This document shows positions 8,823 to 16,832 of a DNA stretch of 27,930 nt, piece after piece. The notes under the pieces were generated by a model that had not been told where the DNA came from, did not search any database, and saw nothing but the letters and a program-made list of their open reading frames with translations. The stretch is from the IMG/VR virus record IMGVR_UViG_2529292904_000023; one strand, written 5' to 3'. The translations under genes were made by a program, and so were the position numbers. Numbering within the stretch: the stretch's first letter is position 1; each line of letters opens with the position of its first letter. Origin of the DNA: a virus. Lineage: Duplodnaviria; Heunggongvirae; Uroviricota; Caudoviricetes.

Positions 8823-9264
8823 AGCAGTGGCTGCTGTGGTGACCGGTGCTGATCTCCGGCTTGCGGTTATTTCAGACTCTCACGGGCGTTTAATTGCCCC
8901 GCCGAACAGCTCTTTTCCGCAATAGCTGCAATGTCTTTCGCGCATCAGCCTGCGCATTCACCACAACGCTGAGAGCACTTAGCCAGTTACGGCACCACAC
9001 TTTGTCGCGGTTCCATAAATGCCCTCATCGTTGCACCCTGGTCTCTTCCCAGGCGTCAAACCGAATCGCCACGCTGGTTAGGCGTCTTATCAGCGTCATC
9101 ATTGACTTGCACATTCCGGCTACCTGGTTTGTTTGCTCGAGCAAGGAGTGGATTGTCCCCTTTAACGTCACCAGACCGCTAACGACGCATGTGCCATACG
9201 CCGTGTTACAACCAAATTTTGTTAGTACCTTGTTTGTATGTCTGGAAAGAAAGATAAAATGAAG

Positions 9265-9303
9265 TTGCGCATTATGCAAGTGTTTTTATTGCGAGATATG
9301 CAA
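9265..9303. promoter_or_regulatory. OL-like operators: two copies of TTGCG-N5-TGCAA
   Basis: TTGCGCATTATGCAA (9265-9279) and TTGCGAGATATGCAA (9289-9303); same motif class as in the cI-cro intergenic region. Confidence 0.5.
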
Positions 9304-9313
9304 TTTGGTGGGT

Positions 9314-9338
9314 AATGAAAAGCCACCTTCTGGTGGCT
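9314..9338 (-). terminator. Rho-independent terminator downstream of cI
   Basis: Minus-strand hairpin AGCCACC-agaa-GGTGGCT followed by TTTTCATT. Confidence 0.65.
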
Positions 9339-9358
9339 AATTGATGTTGAGGTAGGGG

Positions 9359-10051
9359 TTAATTGTGTCGCTTAAGGGTTTGTGACTGACTGATTAAGAC
9401 CTTTCCAAAGACCATAAACCGATGTTCGTTTTCGCTGGTAATTCCCCATTCGCGGTAAATCTGATTATCAGAAATTACCAGCAGTTTATCAGGTATCATT
9501 TGCAGTCGTTTGACGTAAATTTTATCATCAAAACCAAATACATATATACCATCCCCATCAAACTGATTGATACTGATATCAACGAAGATGAGATCTCCTG
9601 GCTCAATGGTTGGACACATACTGTCCCCACGAACGTTGATAACTTTAATGTGATTTGCTGGTCGTCCACCAAACATCGATACAGCATTATCAGTTCTGTA
9701 TTCAATGGCATGAATCACATCAATGACATCACCGCCCTGGATAAGGCCATTTCCCGCACTGGCACTGACATCCAGCATTTCAATACGGAATACATCCTTC
9801 ACCTGCGCAACATCCTCACTAATACTGTTTTTACATACAGTATTACTTTTGAGGTCTGAGGTAAAGAGATCAGCAATATCAACACCTAAGCTCCTGGCAA
9901 TATTACTCAGGGCTTGTTCAGTGAATTGTTTCTGCTTACCTGTTTCGAGGCGCGAGATATTCGCCGCATCCACTCCTATTGCTTCAGCGAGATCGGCGAT
10001 TTTCATGTTCTTCGCCTGGCGAAGTTGTCTGACTCGATTTCCTATGTTCAT
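9359..10051 (-). CDS. cI: CI-type prophage repressor, HTH plus LexA-like S24 autopeptidase
   Basis: N-terminal HTH (QAKNMKIADLAEAIGVDAANISRLETG); Ala-Gly cleavage site (SASAG); S24 motifs VRGDSMCPTI and KRL. Confidence 0.85.
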   Translation of the reverse strand: MNIGNRVRQLRQAKNMKIADLAEAIGVDAANISRLETGKQKQFTEQALSNIARSLGVDIADLFTSDLKSNTVCKNSISEDVAQVKDVFRIEMLDVSASAGNGLIQGGDVIDVIHAIEYRTDNAVSMFGGRPANHIKVINVRGDSMCPTIEPGDLIFVDISINQFDGDGIYVFGFDDKIYVKRLQMIPDKLLVISDNQIYREWGITSENEHRFMVFGKVLISQSQTLKRHN

Positions 10052-10071
10052 GCGTTTATTACATTTCTTTA

Positions 10072-10121
10072 TTGCGCGTTAAGCAAATCAACTTGCGCAA
10101 AATATTTGCGTGAAATAATAT
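10072..10121. promoter_or_regulatory. OR/pR region: operator TTGCGCGTTAAGCAA, near-palindrome TTGCGCAAAATATTTGCG, candidate pR (-35 TTGCGC 10093-10098, -10 TAATAT 10116-10121)
   Basis: Divergent cI/cro intergenic region; operator motif shared with 9265-9303; 17-bp promoter spacer. Confidence 0.5.
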
Positions 10122-10148
10122 GCTCATCACGCAATATGTGGAGGTTAT

Positions 10149-10409
10149 ATGCAATCACCATTACGGAATGTGCGTAAGGCGCACGGATTTACTTTGCAGC
10201 ATGTTGCTGCGGGCGTTCAGGTCAATCCAGCGACGCTGAGTCGTATTGAAAGACAGGAACAAATTCCATCTATCGATCTTGCAGAACGTCTGGCCAATTT
10301 TTTTAAGGGTGAAATCAGCGAAATGCAGATTCTTTATCCGGCACGTTTTCAATCTAGCCAAAACCAGAATGGGTTTAAACCACAGGAACAGGAGGTAAGC
10401 CGTGGGTAA
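10149..10409 (+). CDS. cro: Cro-like HTH regulator
   Basis: 86 aa, HTH (FTLQHVAAGVQVNPATLSRIERQE); divergent from cI; GGAGG Shine-Dalgarno. Confidence 0.7.
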   Translation: MQSPLRNVRKAHGFTLQHVAAGVQVNPATLSRIERQEQIPSIDLAERLANFFKGEISEMQILYPARFQSSQNQNGFKPQEQEVSRG

Positions 10410-10953
10410 GCATCACTGGAAAGTGGAAAAACAACCTGAGTGGTACGTGAAAGCTGTCAGAAAAACTATCGCGGCGTTGCCGGGAGGTTACGCTGAAGCT
10501 GCTGAGTGGCTGGATGTAACAGAGAACGCTTTATTCAACCGCCTTCGTGCAGATGGCGATCAGATTTTCCCGCTGGGATGGGCAATGATTTTACAGCGCG
10601 CGGCTGGCACTCACTACATTGCGGATGCTGTCGCACAGTCTGCTGGTGGGGTGTTTGTATCGCTTCCTGAAATTGAGGAAGTAGAGAACGCCGATATAAA
10701 CCAGCGCCTGCTGGAAGCCATCGAACAGATCGGGAGTTACTCAAAGCAGATTCGTTCGGCAATCGAAGATGGGGTCGTGGAGCCACACGAGCAGACAGCA
10801 ATTAATGATGAGTTGTATCTGTCAATTTCGAAGCTCCAGGAGCATGCAGCACTGGTCTACAAAATCTTTTGCGCTCCAGAAAAGAGTGACGCCCGCGAGT
10901 GTGCAGCTCCGGGCGTCGTGGCGTTTTGTGTCTGTGGAGAAACTAACGCATGA
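10402..10953 (+). CDS. CII-like regulatory protein (phage 186 CII / CP76-type), tentative
   Basis: 183 aa immediately after cro, GTG start with CAGGAGG Shine-Dalgarno; resemblance to CP76-type regulators is from memory. Confidence 0.4.
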   Translation: MGKHHWKVEKQPEWYVKAVRKTIAALPGGYAEAAEWLDVTENALFNRLRADGDQIFPLGWAMILQRAAGTHYIADAVAQSAGGVFVSLPEIEEVENADINQRLLEAIEQIGSYSKQIRSAIEDGVVEPHEQTAINDELYLSISKLQEHAALVYKIFCAPEKSDARECAAPGVVAFCVCGETNA

Positions 10954-11549
10954 ACAGTTTAACGGCAAATAACCGTTTGTCGCAACAGCTGGTGGTCAGC
11001 GTCGCTGAACACCTGTTGTTACGGCATGAATGCAGATTACCAAATCACCTGGCTGTAAGTAACCACAGAGAACTTTACCTGACTGTGGGGGGCGAGTTGT
11101 GCAGGAACTTAACCGCTGGTTTCGTGACGGAAGAGGGCTTTATGTCCATGTTATTCGTTGGGAGCCAGAAACACAGCGCGTTATCTATCTTCGCAAAGAC
11201 TACCCGCATGAGTGCTTTAGTCCTTTGTGGAAATTCAGGCGTGATTTTGTTGAGTGTGAAGGACCACCAGCATATTGATTCTGCAATTCCGGGACGTTAC
11301 ACTGCTCAGGCACCTTATAAAGCGGGTGCCGGGATTGGCGTCCTGAAATTCGCACATGCGCATAACCGCGCTTCAGCGGTTTTTTTGCGCACGTTTCCTC
11401 ACATCCAAATTATGGTGGGGCGTGCAGGGGCATCGAAAGATGCGCCGGGGTCATGTGCGACCGGTTACGCCAACCCTGTACGTCTCACCACCTCTGTGAT
11501 TGGCGTCCCATGTGGTGAGTTTTCAAAATTCGCACATGAGGATGTCACT

Positions 11550-12095
11550 ATGGCAACCACCCCTACCCAAACTCACCCTAAAATTGATGTTATCCATGGG
11601 AAGGCTGTTACCTCTTCTTTGGCCGTTGCCGAATATTTCTGCAAGCAGCACAAAAACGTTATTCAAAAAATCCAGACGCTTGAGTGCTCTGTTGAATTCA
11701 CTGAGCTGAATTTTCAGCCCAGTGATTACACCGATTGCACAGGCCGCAAACTCCCTTGTTACCAAATCACCCGCGACGGTTTTGCGTTTCTTGCCATGGG
11801 CTTCACGGGTAAACGTGCTGCCCAGTTCAAAGAGGCATACATCAATGCCTTTAACCAGATGGAGAAACAGCTTTCAAATCCCTCTGTACTGAGCGACGTT
11901 GCACATAACGCCAGCGTTCTCTATTCCTACATTTCATCAATTCATCAGGTCTGGCTGCAGCAGCTTTATCCTATGTTGGCAAAAGCCGAATCTCCGCTGG
12001 CTGTTAGCTTGTATGACTATATTAATGATGCTTCGGCACTGGCCTGCCTCATAAATTTGTCGCTGAACCCTTCAGAGGTAAGGGGGCGCAAATGA
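11550..12095 (+). CDS. rha: Rha-family phage regulatory protein
   Basis: KAVTSSLAVAEYFCKQHKNVIQKIQTL...YQITRDGFAFLAMGFTGKRAAQFKEAYINAFNQME; start ATG 11550 with GAGGA Shine-Dalgarno; the 600-nt upstream extension in the track is not accepted as part of this gene. Confidence 0.7.
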   Translation: MATTPTQTHPKIDVIHGKAVTSSLAVAEYFCKQHKNVIQKIQTLECSVEFTELNFQPSDYTDCTGRKLPCYQITRDGFAFLAMGFTGKRAAQFKEAYINAFNQMEKQLSNPSVLSDVAHNASVLYSYISSIHQVWLQQLYPMLAKAESPLAVSLYDYINDASALACLINLSLNPSEVRGRK

Positions 12096-12316
12096 TCCGG
12101 AATATTTTCAAACGGTTTACCAATCAGACTTTCCGTTGTCCTCGTCCGGGTCAGTGGTACACCACACCTGCAGGGCATGTTCTACGTGTTAGCCTGGTTG
12201 ACCGTGAATGTCAGAAGGTGATTTGTGAACCGCTGGGCCGTAATTACCGCGTCAGTATGCCGCTTATAGCCTTTCGCTCCGGAAAAAACATGAAGCATCT
12301 CGGAGGTGCAGCATGA
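12092..12316 (+). CDS. Hypothetical protein, 74 aa
   Basis: ATGA-coupled to both neighbours. Confidence 0.45.
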   Translation: MIRNIFKRFTNQTFRCPRPGQWYTTPAGHVLRVSLVDRECQKVICEPLGRNYRVSMPLIAFRSGKNMKHLGGAA

Positions 12317-13152
12317 GTATGGAGCTGATGGTTAAAGCGATGAAAATTCGAGTGGGTAATCCATTGCGAAAACTGGTTCTGATCAAGCTGGCTGATAATG
12401 CCAGCGATCAGGGTGAGTGCTGGCCCAGCTACCAGCATATTGCTGACCAGTGCGAGATTAGCAAACGTTCTGTGATGAATCATATTGCGGCCCTTTGTGA
12501 GTCCGGGCTGGTAAAAAAAGTCACCCGGAAAGGTGAAAAAGGTAACTCAAGTAATATCTATCTCCTTCATCTTGATGGTGCAGGAGATTCACTAGGGAGT
12601 AGTGCAAATAATTCACTATCTGGTGCAGCAAATTCACCAGGTAGTGCAGGAGTTGCACTAGGTAGTGCAGGAGTTGCACCAGGGGGTAGTGCAGGAGATT
12701 CACCCAGAACCAGTCACTCTTTTGAACCAGTCAAAGAACCAGTCAATGAACCAATAGCTGTTGGTGCATCTGCTGATGAGTCTGTGCGAGTTCGTTCAAA
12801 CCGACCGGAATACTCTCCAGAGTTTGAGCAGGCATGGCTGGCATATCCCAAACGTGCTGGTGGCAATTCAAAATCTGCAGCCTTCAAAGCCTGGAAAGCC
12901 CGTTTGAATGAGGGGGTAAACCCCGAAACCATGCTGGAAGGTGTGAAACGCTACGCGGGCTGGGTATCTGCGATGGGTAACAGCGGCACACAATTTGTGA
13001 AACAGGCTGTCACGTTCTTTGGTCCGGATCGTCATTTCGAAGAATCCTGGGAAGTTCCTGCGGTATCTGTAGCCGGACGTGAGGACCCGTACTTCAAAGC
13101 CAGTTACGGCAACGTGGACTACAGCCAGATCCCGGCAGGATTCAGGGGGTGA
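12313..13152 (+). CDS. Replication initiator-like protein (winged-helix N-terminus, YdaU/DUF1376-like) containing the iteron array
   Basis: N-terminal LVLIKLADNASDQGECWPSYQHIADQCEISKRSVMNHIAALCESGLVKK; internal low-complexity segment encoded by the tandem repeats; position equivalent to lambda O. Confidence 0.55.
   Translation: MSMELMVKAMKIRVGNPLRKLVLIKLADNASDQGECWPSYQHIADQCEISKRSVMNHIAALCESGLVKKVTRKGEKGNSSNIYLLHLDGAGDSLGSSANNSLSGAANSPGSAGVALGSAGVAPGGSAGDSPRTSHSFEPVKEPVNEPIAVGASADESVRVRSNRPEYSPEFEQAWLAYPKRAGGNSKSAAFKAWKARLNEGVNPETMLEGVKRYAGWVSAMGNSGTQFVKQAVTFFGPDRHFEESWEVPAVSVAGREDPYFKASYGNVDYSQIPAGFRG
12577..12705. repeat. Iteron array (about six ~21-bp direct repeats, consensus GGTAGTGCAGGAGTTGCACYA), candidate replication origin
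   Basis: Direct repeats read in the sequence, followed at 12706-12760 by three GAACCAGTCA repeats; lambda-like ori lies inside the initiator gene. Confidence 0.6.
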
Positions 13153-13154
13153 TC

Positions 13155-13643
13155 ATGAGTCTTTTGAATGACGTTCAGAAATTCATTGAAGCCCATCCGG
13201 GGTGTACTTCCGGAGACATTGCGGATGCTTTTGCCGGTTACTCACGGCAGCGCGTTCTGCAGTCAGCAAGCAAGTTACGTCAGAGTGGGCGTGTGGCTCA
13301 CCGTTGTGAAGGAGATACACGCAGACATTTCCCGCGCCTGACTGAGAGAGCGCAGGAACCGGAACCACAACCAGTTCGAGAAACCAGACCTGTGCGCAAT
13401 TTCTATGTCGGCACTAACGATCCACGGGTGATTTTGTGCCTGACCCGCCAGGCGGAAGAACTGGAGTCCAGGGGCTTATACCGTCGTGCTGCAACGGTGT
13501 GGATGGCGGCATTCCGTGAAAGCCACTCCCAGCAAGAGCGAAACAATTTTCTGGCGCGTCGTGAGCGGTGCTTACGGAAAAGCAGCAAGCGCGCTGCATC
13601 GGGTGAAGAGTGGTATCTGTCAGGGAATTACGTGGGGGCTTAA
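13155..13643 (+). CDS. Hypothetical protein with a winged-helix-like N-terminus
   Basis: ATG 13155 with AGGGGGT Shine-Dalgarno; an alternative GTG at 13149 overlaps the upstream stop. Confidence 0.4.
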   Translation: MSLLNDVQKFIEAHPGCTSGDIADAFAGYSRQRVLQSASKLRQSGRVAHRCEGDTRRHFPRLTERAQEPEPQPVRETRPVRNFYVGTNDPRVILCLTRQAEELESRGLYRRAATVWMAAFRESHSQQERNNFLARRERCLRKSSKRAASGEEWYLSGNYVGA

Positions 13644-14296
13644 TGAGTAATAAATATTGCCAGGCGCTGGTGGAACTGCGGAACAAACCAGCCCATGAAC
13701 TGAAGGAAGTGGGCGATCAGTGGCGCACGCCGGACAACATTTTCTGGGGAATTAACACCCTGTTTGGCCCGTTTGTTCTGGATCTGTTCACTGACGGTGA
13801 TAATGCCAAATGTGCCGCGTATTACACGGCGGAAGACAACGCGCTGGCGCATGACTGGTCAGAACGTCTTGCGGAGCTTAAAGGTGCTGCCTTTGGTAAT
13901 CCCCCATACAGCCGCGCCAGTCAGCATGAGGGGCAATACATCACCGGCATGCGTTACATCATGAAGCATGCCAGTGCCATGCGTGATAAAGGCGGGCGCT
14001 ATGTTTTCCTGATTAAAGCTGCCACCAGCGAAGTGTGGTGGCCGGAAGATGCAGATCATATTGCTTTTATTCGCGGGCGTATTGGTTTTGAACTGCCTGT
14101 CTGGTTTATCCCGAAAGACGAGAAGCAGGTACCGACAGGCGCTTTCTTCGCTGGTGCTATTGCTGTTTTCGACAAGACCTGGAAGGGACCGGCAATCAGC
14201 TACATCGGGCGCGATGAACTTGAGGCATGTGGTGAGGCCTTTCTGGCGCAGGTTCGCCAGCAGGCGGAAAAACTGGTCAGGGAGATGGCGGCATGA
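13643..14296 (+). CDS. Phage Dam-like N6-adenine DNA methyltransferase (orphan)
   Basis: Catalytic NPPY motif (FGNPPYSRAS); start ATG 13643 in TAATG overlap; no adjacent restriction gene. Confidence 0.7.
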   Translation: MSNKYCQALVELRNKPAHELKEVGDQWRTPDNIFWGINTLFGPFVLDLFTDGDNAKCAAYYTAEDNALAHDWSERLAELKGAAFGNPPYSRASQHEGQYITGMRYIMKHASAMRDKGGRYVFLIKAATSEVWWPEDADHIAFIRGRIGFELPVWFIPKDEKQVPTGAFFAGAIAVFDKTWKGPAISYIGRDELEACGEAFLAQVRQQAEKLVREMAA

Positions 14297-14619
14297 CGAC
14301 GTTAACTCAATGCCAGCAGCAGGTGCTGGATATGCTGATTTCTTACCAGAAAGAGCGTGGCTTTCCGCCAACCAATCAGGAGGTGGCAACCATGCTGGGA
14401 TATCGTTCAGTGAATGCAGCGGTGGAGCATCTTCGCGCACTGGAGAAAAAAGGCGTCATCACGATAAAGCGTGGTGTGGCCCGGGGGATAACGCTTCATA
14501 CCGCGGTGAAGGACGACGACAGCGAGGCGGTCGGGATTATCCGCTCACTGCTTGCCGGTGAGGAAAACGCCAGGCTGCGTGCAGCCCACTGGTTACATGA
14601 GAGGGGTCTGAAAGTATGA
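14293..14619 (+). CDS. LexA N-terminal DNA-binding-domain-only protein, no S24 peptidase domain
   Basis: LTQCQQQVLDMLISYQKERGFPPTNQEVATMLGYRSVNAAVEHLRALEKKGVITI closely parallels the recalled LexA N-terminus; 108 aa total. Confidence 0.7.
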   Translation: MTTLTQCQQQVLDMLISYQKERGFPPTNQEVATMLGYRSVNAAVEHLRALEKKGVITIKRGVARGITLHTAVKDDDSEAVGIIRSLLAGEENARLRAAHWLHERGLKV

Positions 14620-15005
14620 AGCTGATTCTGCCTTTCCCGCCCAGCGTGAACACGTACTGGCGACACCCCAACAAAGGGGCGTTTGCAGGTAAGAGCCTGA
14701 TAAGCGCGGCGGGGCGAAAATTCCAGAGCGCAGCGTGTGCAGCCATCATTGAGCAGTTACGTCGTTTGCCGAAACCAACGTCGGCACCAGCTTCAGTGGA
14801 GATCGTGTTGTTTCCTCCGGATAACCGGCTTCGCGATCTGGACAACTATAACAAGGCGCTGTTTGACGCCCTGACCCACGCGGGTGTGTGGGTGGACGAC
14901 AGCCAGGTGAAAAGAATGCTGGTGGAGTGGGGGCCGGTTATCCCGGAAGGGAAGGTCGAAATCACTATCAGTAAGTACGAGAAAACGGCGGGTGCAGCCG
15001 CCTGA
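14616..15005 (+). CDS. rusA: RusA Holliday-junction resolvase
   Basis: PPSVNTYWRH, RLRDLDNYNKALFDALTHAGVWVDDSQV; about 129 aa. Confidence 0.85.
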   Translation: MKLILPFPPSVNTYWRHPNKGAFAGKSLISAAGRKFQSAACAAIIEQLRRLPKPTSAPASVEIVLFPPDNRLRDLDNYNKALFDALTHAGVWVDDSQVKRMLVEWGPVIPEGKVEITISKYEKTAGAAA

Positions 15006-15024
15006 TTAAGAGGAGAAACGAAGT

Positions 15025-15822
15025 ATGAGTAATCTGATGGTTATTGATGGTATTGAAGTTCGTCGTGATGCTTATGGTCGTTACAGCCTGAACGATCTGC
15101 ACAGGGCTGCCGGTTCTCTGGATAAGCATAAGCCTGCATTCTGGCTCCGCAATGAGCAAACTGAACGTTTAATAAGCGAGTTGCAGATTTGCAACTCGGT
15201 CAATATAGCGCCAGTAAATGTCATTCGAGGTGGAAATAACCAGGGAACGTATGTCTGCAAGGAACTGGTGTATGCCTATGCAATGTGGATCAGCCCGTCA
15301 TTCCATCTGAAGGTGATCCGTACTTTCGATATGGTAACCAGCGCACCGGAAAAATTATCAGGACAGGCTGCTGACAAGATGCAGGCTGGCGTGATCCTGC
15401 TGGACTTTATGCGTCGGGAGTTAAACCTGTCTAACTCATCTGTGCTTGGTGCCTGTCAGAAACTCCAGGAGGCTGTTGGCTTACCGAATCTGGCACCGCG
15501 CTATGCCATTGATGCTCCTGCTGACGCGCCTGATGGCTCAAGTCGCCCCACGCTGTCGCTGAGTGCACTGCTGAAACAGTATGGTATCCGCCTGACGGCT
15601 AATCAGGCATATCACCAGATGGTGAAGCTGGGGATCGTCGAGCAGCGCGAACGATACAGCCGTACCGCGATTAACAACATCAAAAAATTCTGGTCGCTGA
15701 CGGCGAAAGGCTGCATGTTCGGCAAGAACATCACCAGTCCTGCAAATCCGCGCGAGACGCAGCCGCACTTCTTCGAATCCCGATTCCCTGAGCTGTTAAA
15801 GCTGCTCGATACCGTTCATTGA
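15025..15822 (+). CDS. KilA-N domain protein with an uncharacterised C-terminal domain
   Basis: N-terminal IDGIEVRRDAYGRYSLNDLHRAAG...AFWLRNEQTERLI...YVCKELVYAYAMWISPSFHLKVI; AGGAGA Shine-Dalgarno. Confidence 0.6.
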   Translation: MSNLMVIDGIEVRRDAYGRYSLNDLHRAAGSLDKHKPAFWLRNEQTERLISELQICNSVNIAPVNVIRGGNNQGTYVCKELVYAYAMWISPSFHLKVIRTFDMVTSAPEKLSGQAADKMQAGVILLDFMRRELNLSNSSVLGACQKLQEAVGLPNLAPRYAIDAPADAPDGSSRPTLSLSALLKQYGIRLTANQAYHQMVKLGIVEQRERYSRTAINNIKKFWSLTAKGCMFGKNITSPANPRETQPHFFESRFPELLKLLDTVH

Positions 15823-15823
15823 G

Positions 15824-16819
15824 GTGACCGTGAGAGCACTACTGACCCCTGAAATTGCCCCGCGTATGGGGATCGTATTGTTCAGACCAGGTTCAGAGCT
15901 GATGCCCCTGTTTATGCAGGGGCGTGTCCTGCTGGAGCCTGAGCCGGAACGTTATTCATCTTTCGCCAGTGGTGCCGTTCCGGCGGCATCACAACCGCTG
16001 GCGGATGATCCTGCCGTTCGGGCCGTGTTCCGCAATGATGCAGTGATCCGTCGTGCTGGTGGCGTGGAATGTCTTGAACGCTGGTTACTTCGTGAAAAAG
16101 GTTGCCAGTGGCCTCATTCCGACTGGCACAGCGAGAACATGACCACAATGCGACACTCGCCGGGCGCAATCCGTCTGTGCTGGCACTGCGATAACCAGCT
16201 GCGCGATCAGTTCACGGAACGGCTGGAATCAATGGCAACGGATAACTGTACCCGCTGGGTGTTGTCTGTTGTGCGTCGGGATCTCGGTTTTGATGACAGT
16301 CACGTTGTGACAATGCCGGAACTGTGCTGGTGGCTGATTCGTAATGACCTGGCGGATGCCTTACCGGAAAGTGCAGCCCGTAAGGCACTGAGATTACCGA
16401 AGCCTGTTGTGCCGTCTGTCACCCGGGAAAGTGACCTTGTGCCTTCGGTTCCTGCCACCAGCATCATCCAGGATAAAGCGAAAAAGGTGCTGGCGCTGAA
16501 AGTGGATCCGGAGTCGCCGGAGTCTTTTATGTTACGCCCAAAACGTCGCCGCTGGGTTAATGAAAAGTACACGCGCTGGGTTAAGACACAGCCGTGTGCA
16601 TGTTGTGGAAAGCCCGCTGATGATCCCCACCACCTGATAGGCCACGGTCAGTGTGGAATGGGTACAAAAGCGCATGACCTTTTTGTGTTGCCTTTGTGCA
16701 GAAAGCATCACGACGAGCTGCATGCGGATACCGTGGCATTTGAAGAGAAGTATGGCTCTCAGCTGGAGCTGATATTTCGTTTTATCGATCGTGCGCTGGC
16801 AATTGGCGTACTGGCGTAA
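15824..16819 (+). CDS. DUF968-like protein with a C-terminal HNH/zinc-finger-like motif
   Basis: C-terminal CACCGKPADDPHHLIGHG...CRKHHDELH; GTG start at 15824 or 15830. Confidence 0.55.
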   Translation: MTVRALLTPEIAPRMGIVLFRPGSELMPLFMQGRVLLEPEPERYSSFASGAVPAASQPLADDPAVRAVFRNDAVIRRAGGVECLERWLLREKGCQWPHSDWHSENMTTMRHSPGAIRLCWHCDNQLRDQFTERLESMATDNCTRWVLSVVRRDLGFDDSHVVTMPELCWWLIRNDLADALPESAARKALRLPKPVVPSVTRESDLVPSVPATSIIQDKAKKVLALKVDPESPESFMLRPKRRRWVNEKYTRWVKTQPCACCGKPADDPHHLIGHGQCGMGTKAHDLFVLPLCRKHHDELHADTVAFEEKYGSQLELIFRFIDRALAIGVLA

Positions 16820-16832
16820 GTGGAGAACGAGC

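Noticed and set aside
7344-9024. Exact 14-mer TTCCATAAATGCCC present twice (7344-7357 and 9011-9024)
   Set aside because: About one exact 14-mer repeat is expected by chance in a 28-kb window, so it is not significant on its own.
8371-9279. Track ORFs 8371-8739, 8448-8852, 8894-9262 (plus strand) and 9025-9279 (minus strand)
   Set aside because: They overlap real genes antisense or span operator and terminator structures, with Ser/Arg/Leu-rich composition typical of non-coding frames; no credible Shine-Dalgarno or start.
9230-9310. Attempted to place pL -35/-10 hexamers next to the OL-like operators
   Set aside because: No hexamer pair with acceptable spacing was found on the minus strand; only the operator motifs are reported.
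10950-12095. The 381-aa track ORF as a single Rha-fusion gene
   Set aside because: The N-terminal 200 residues have poor protein-like composition, and the Rha domain normally sits at the N-terminus; a good Shine-Dalgarno and ATG at 11550 start the Rha gene. Kept as an open question in the findings.
12577-12705. Tandem ~21-bp repeats that could be mistaken for a CRISPR array
   Set aside because: The repeats are contiguous and degenerate with no unique spacers, they lie inside a coding sequence, and no cas genes are nearby; they are replication-origin iterons.
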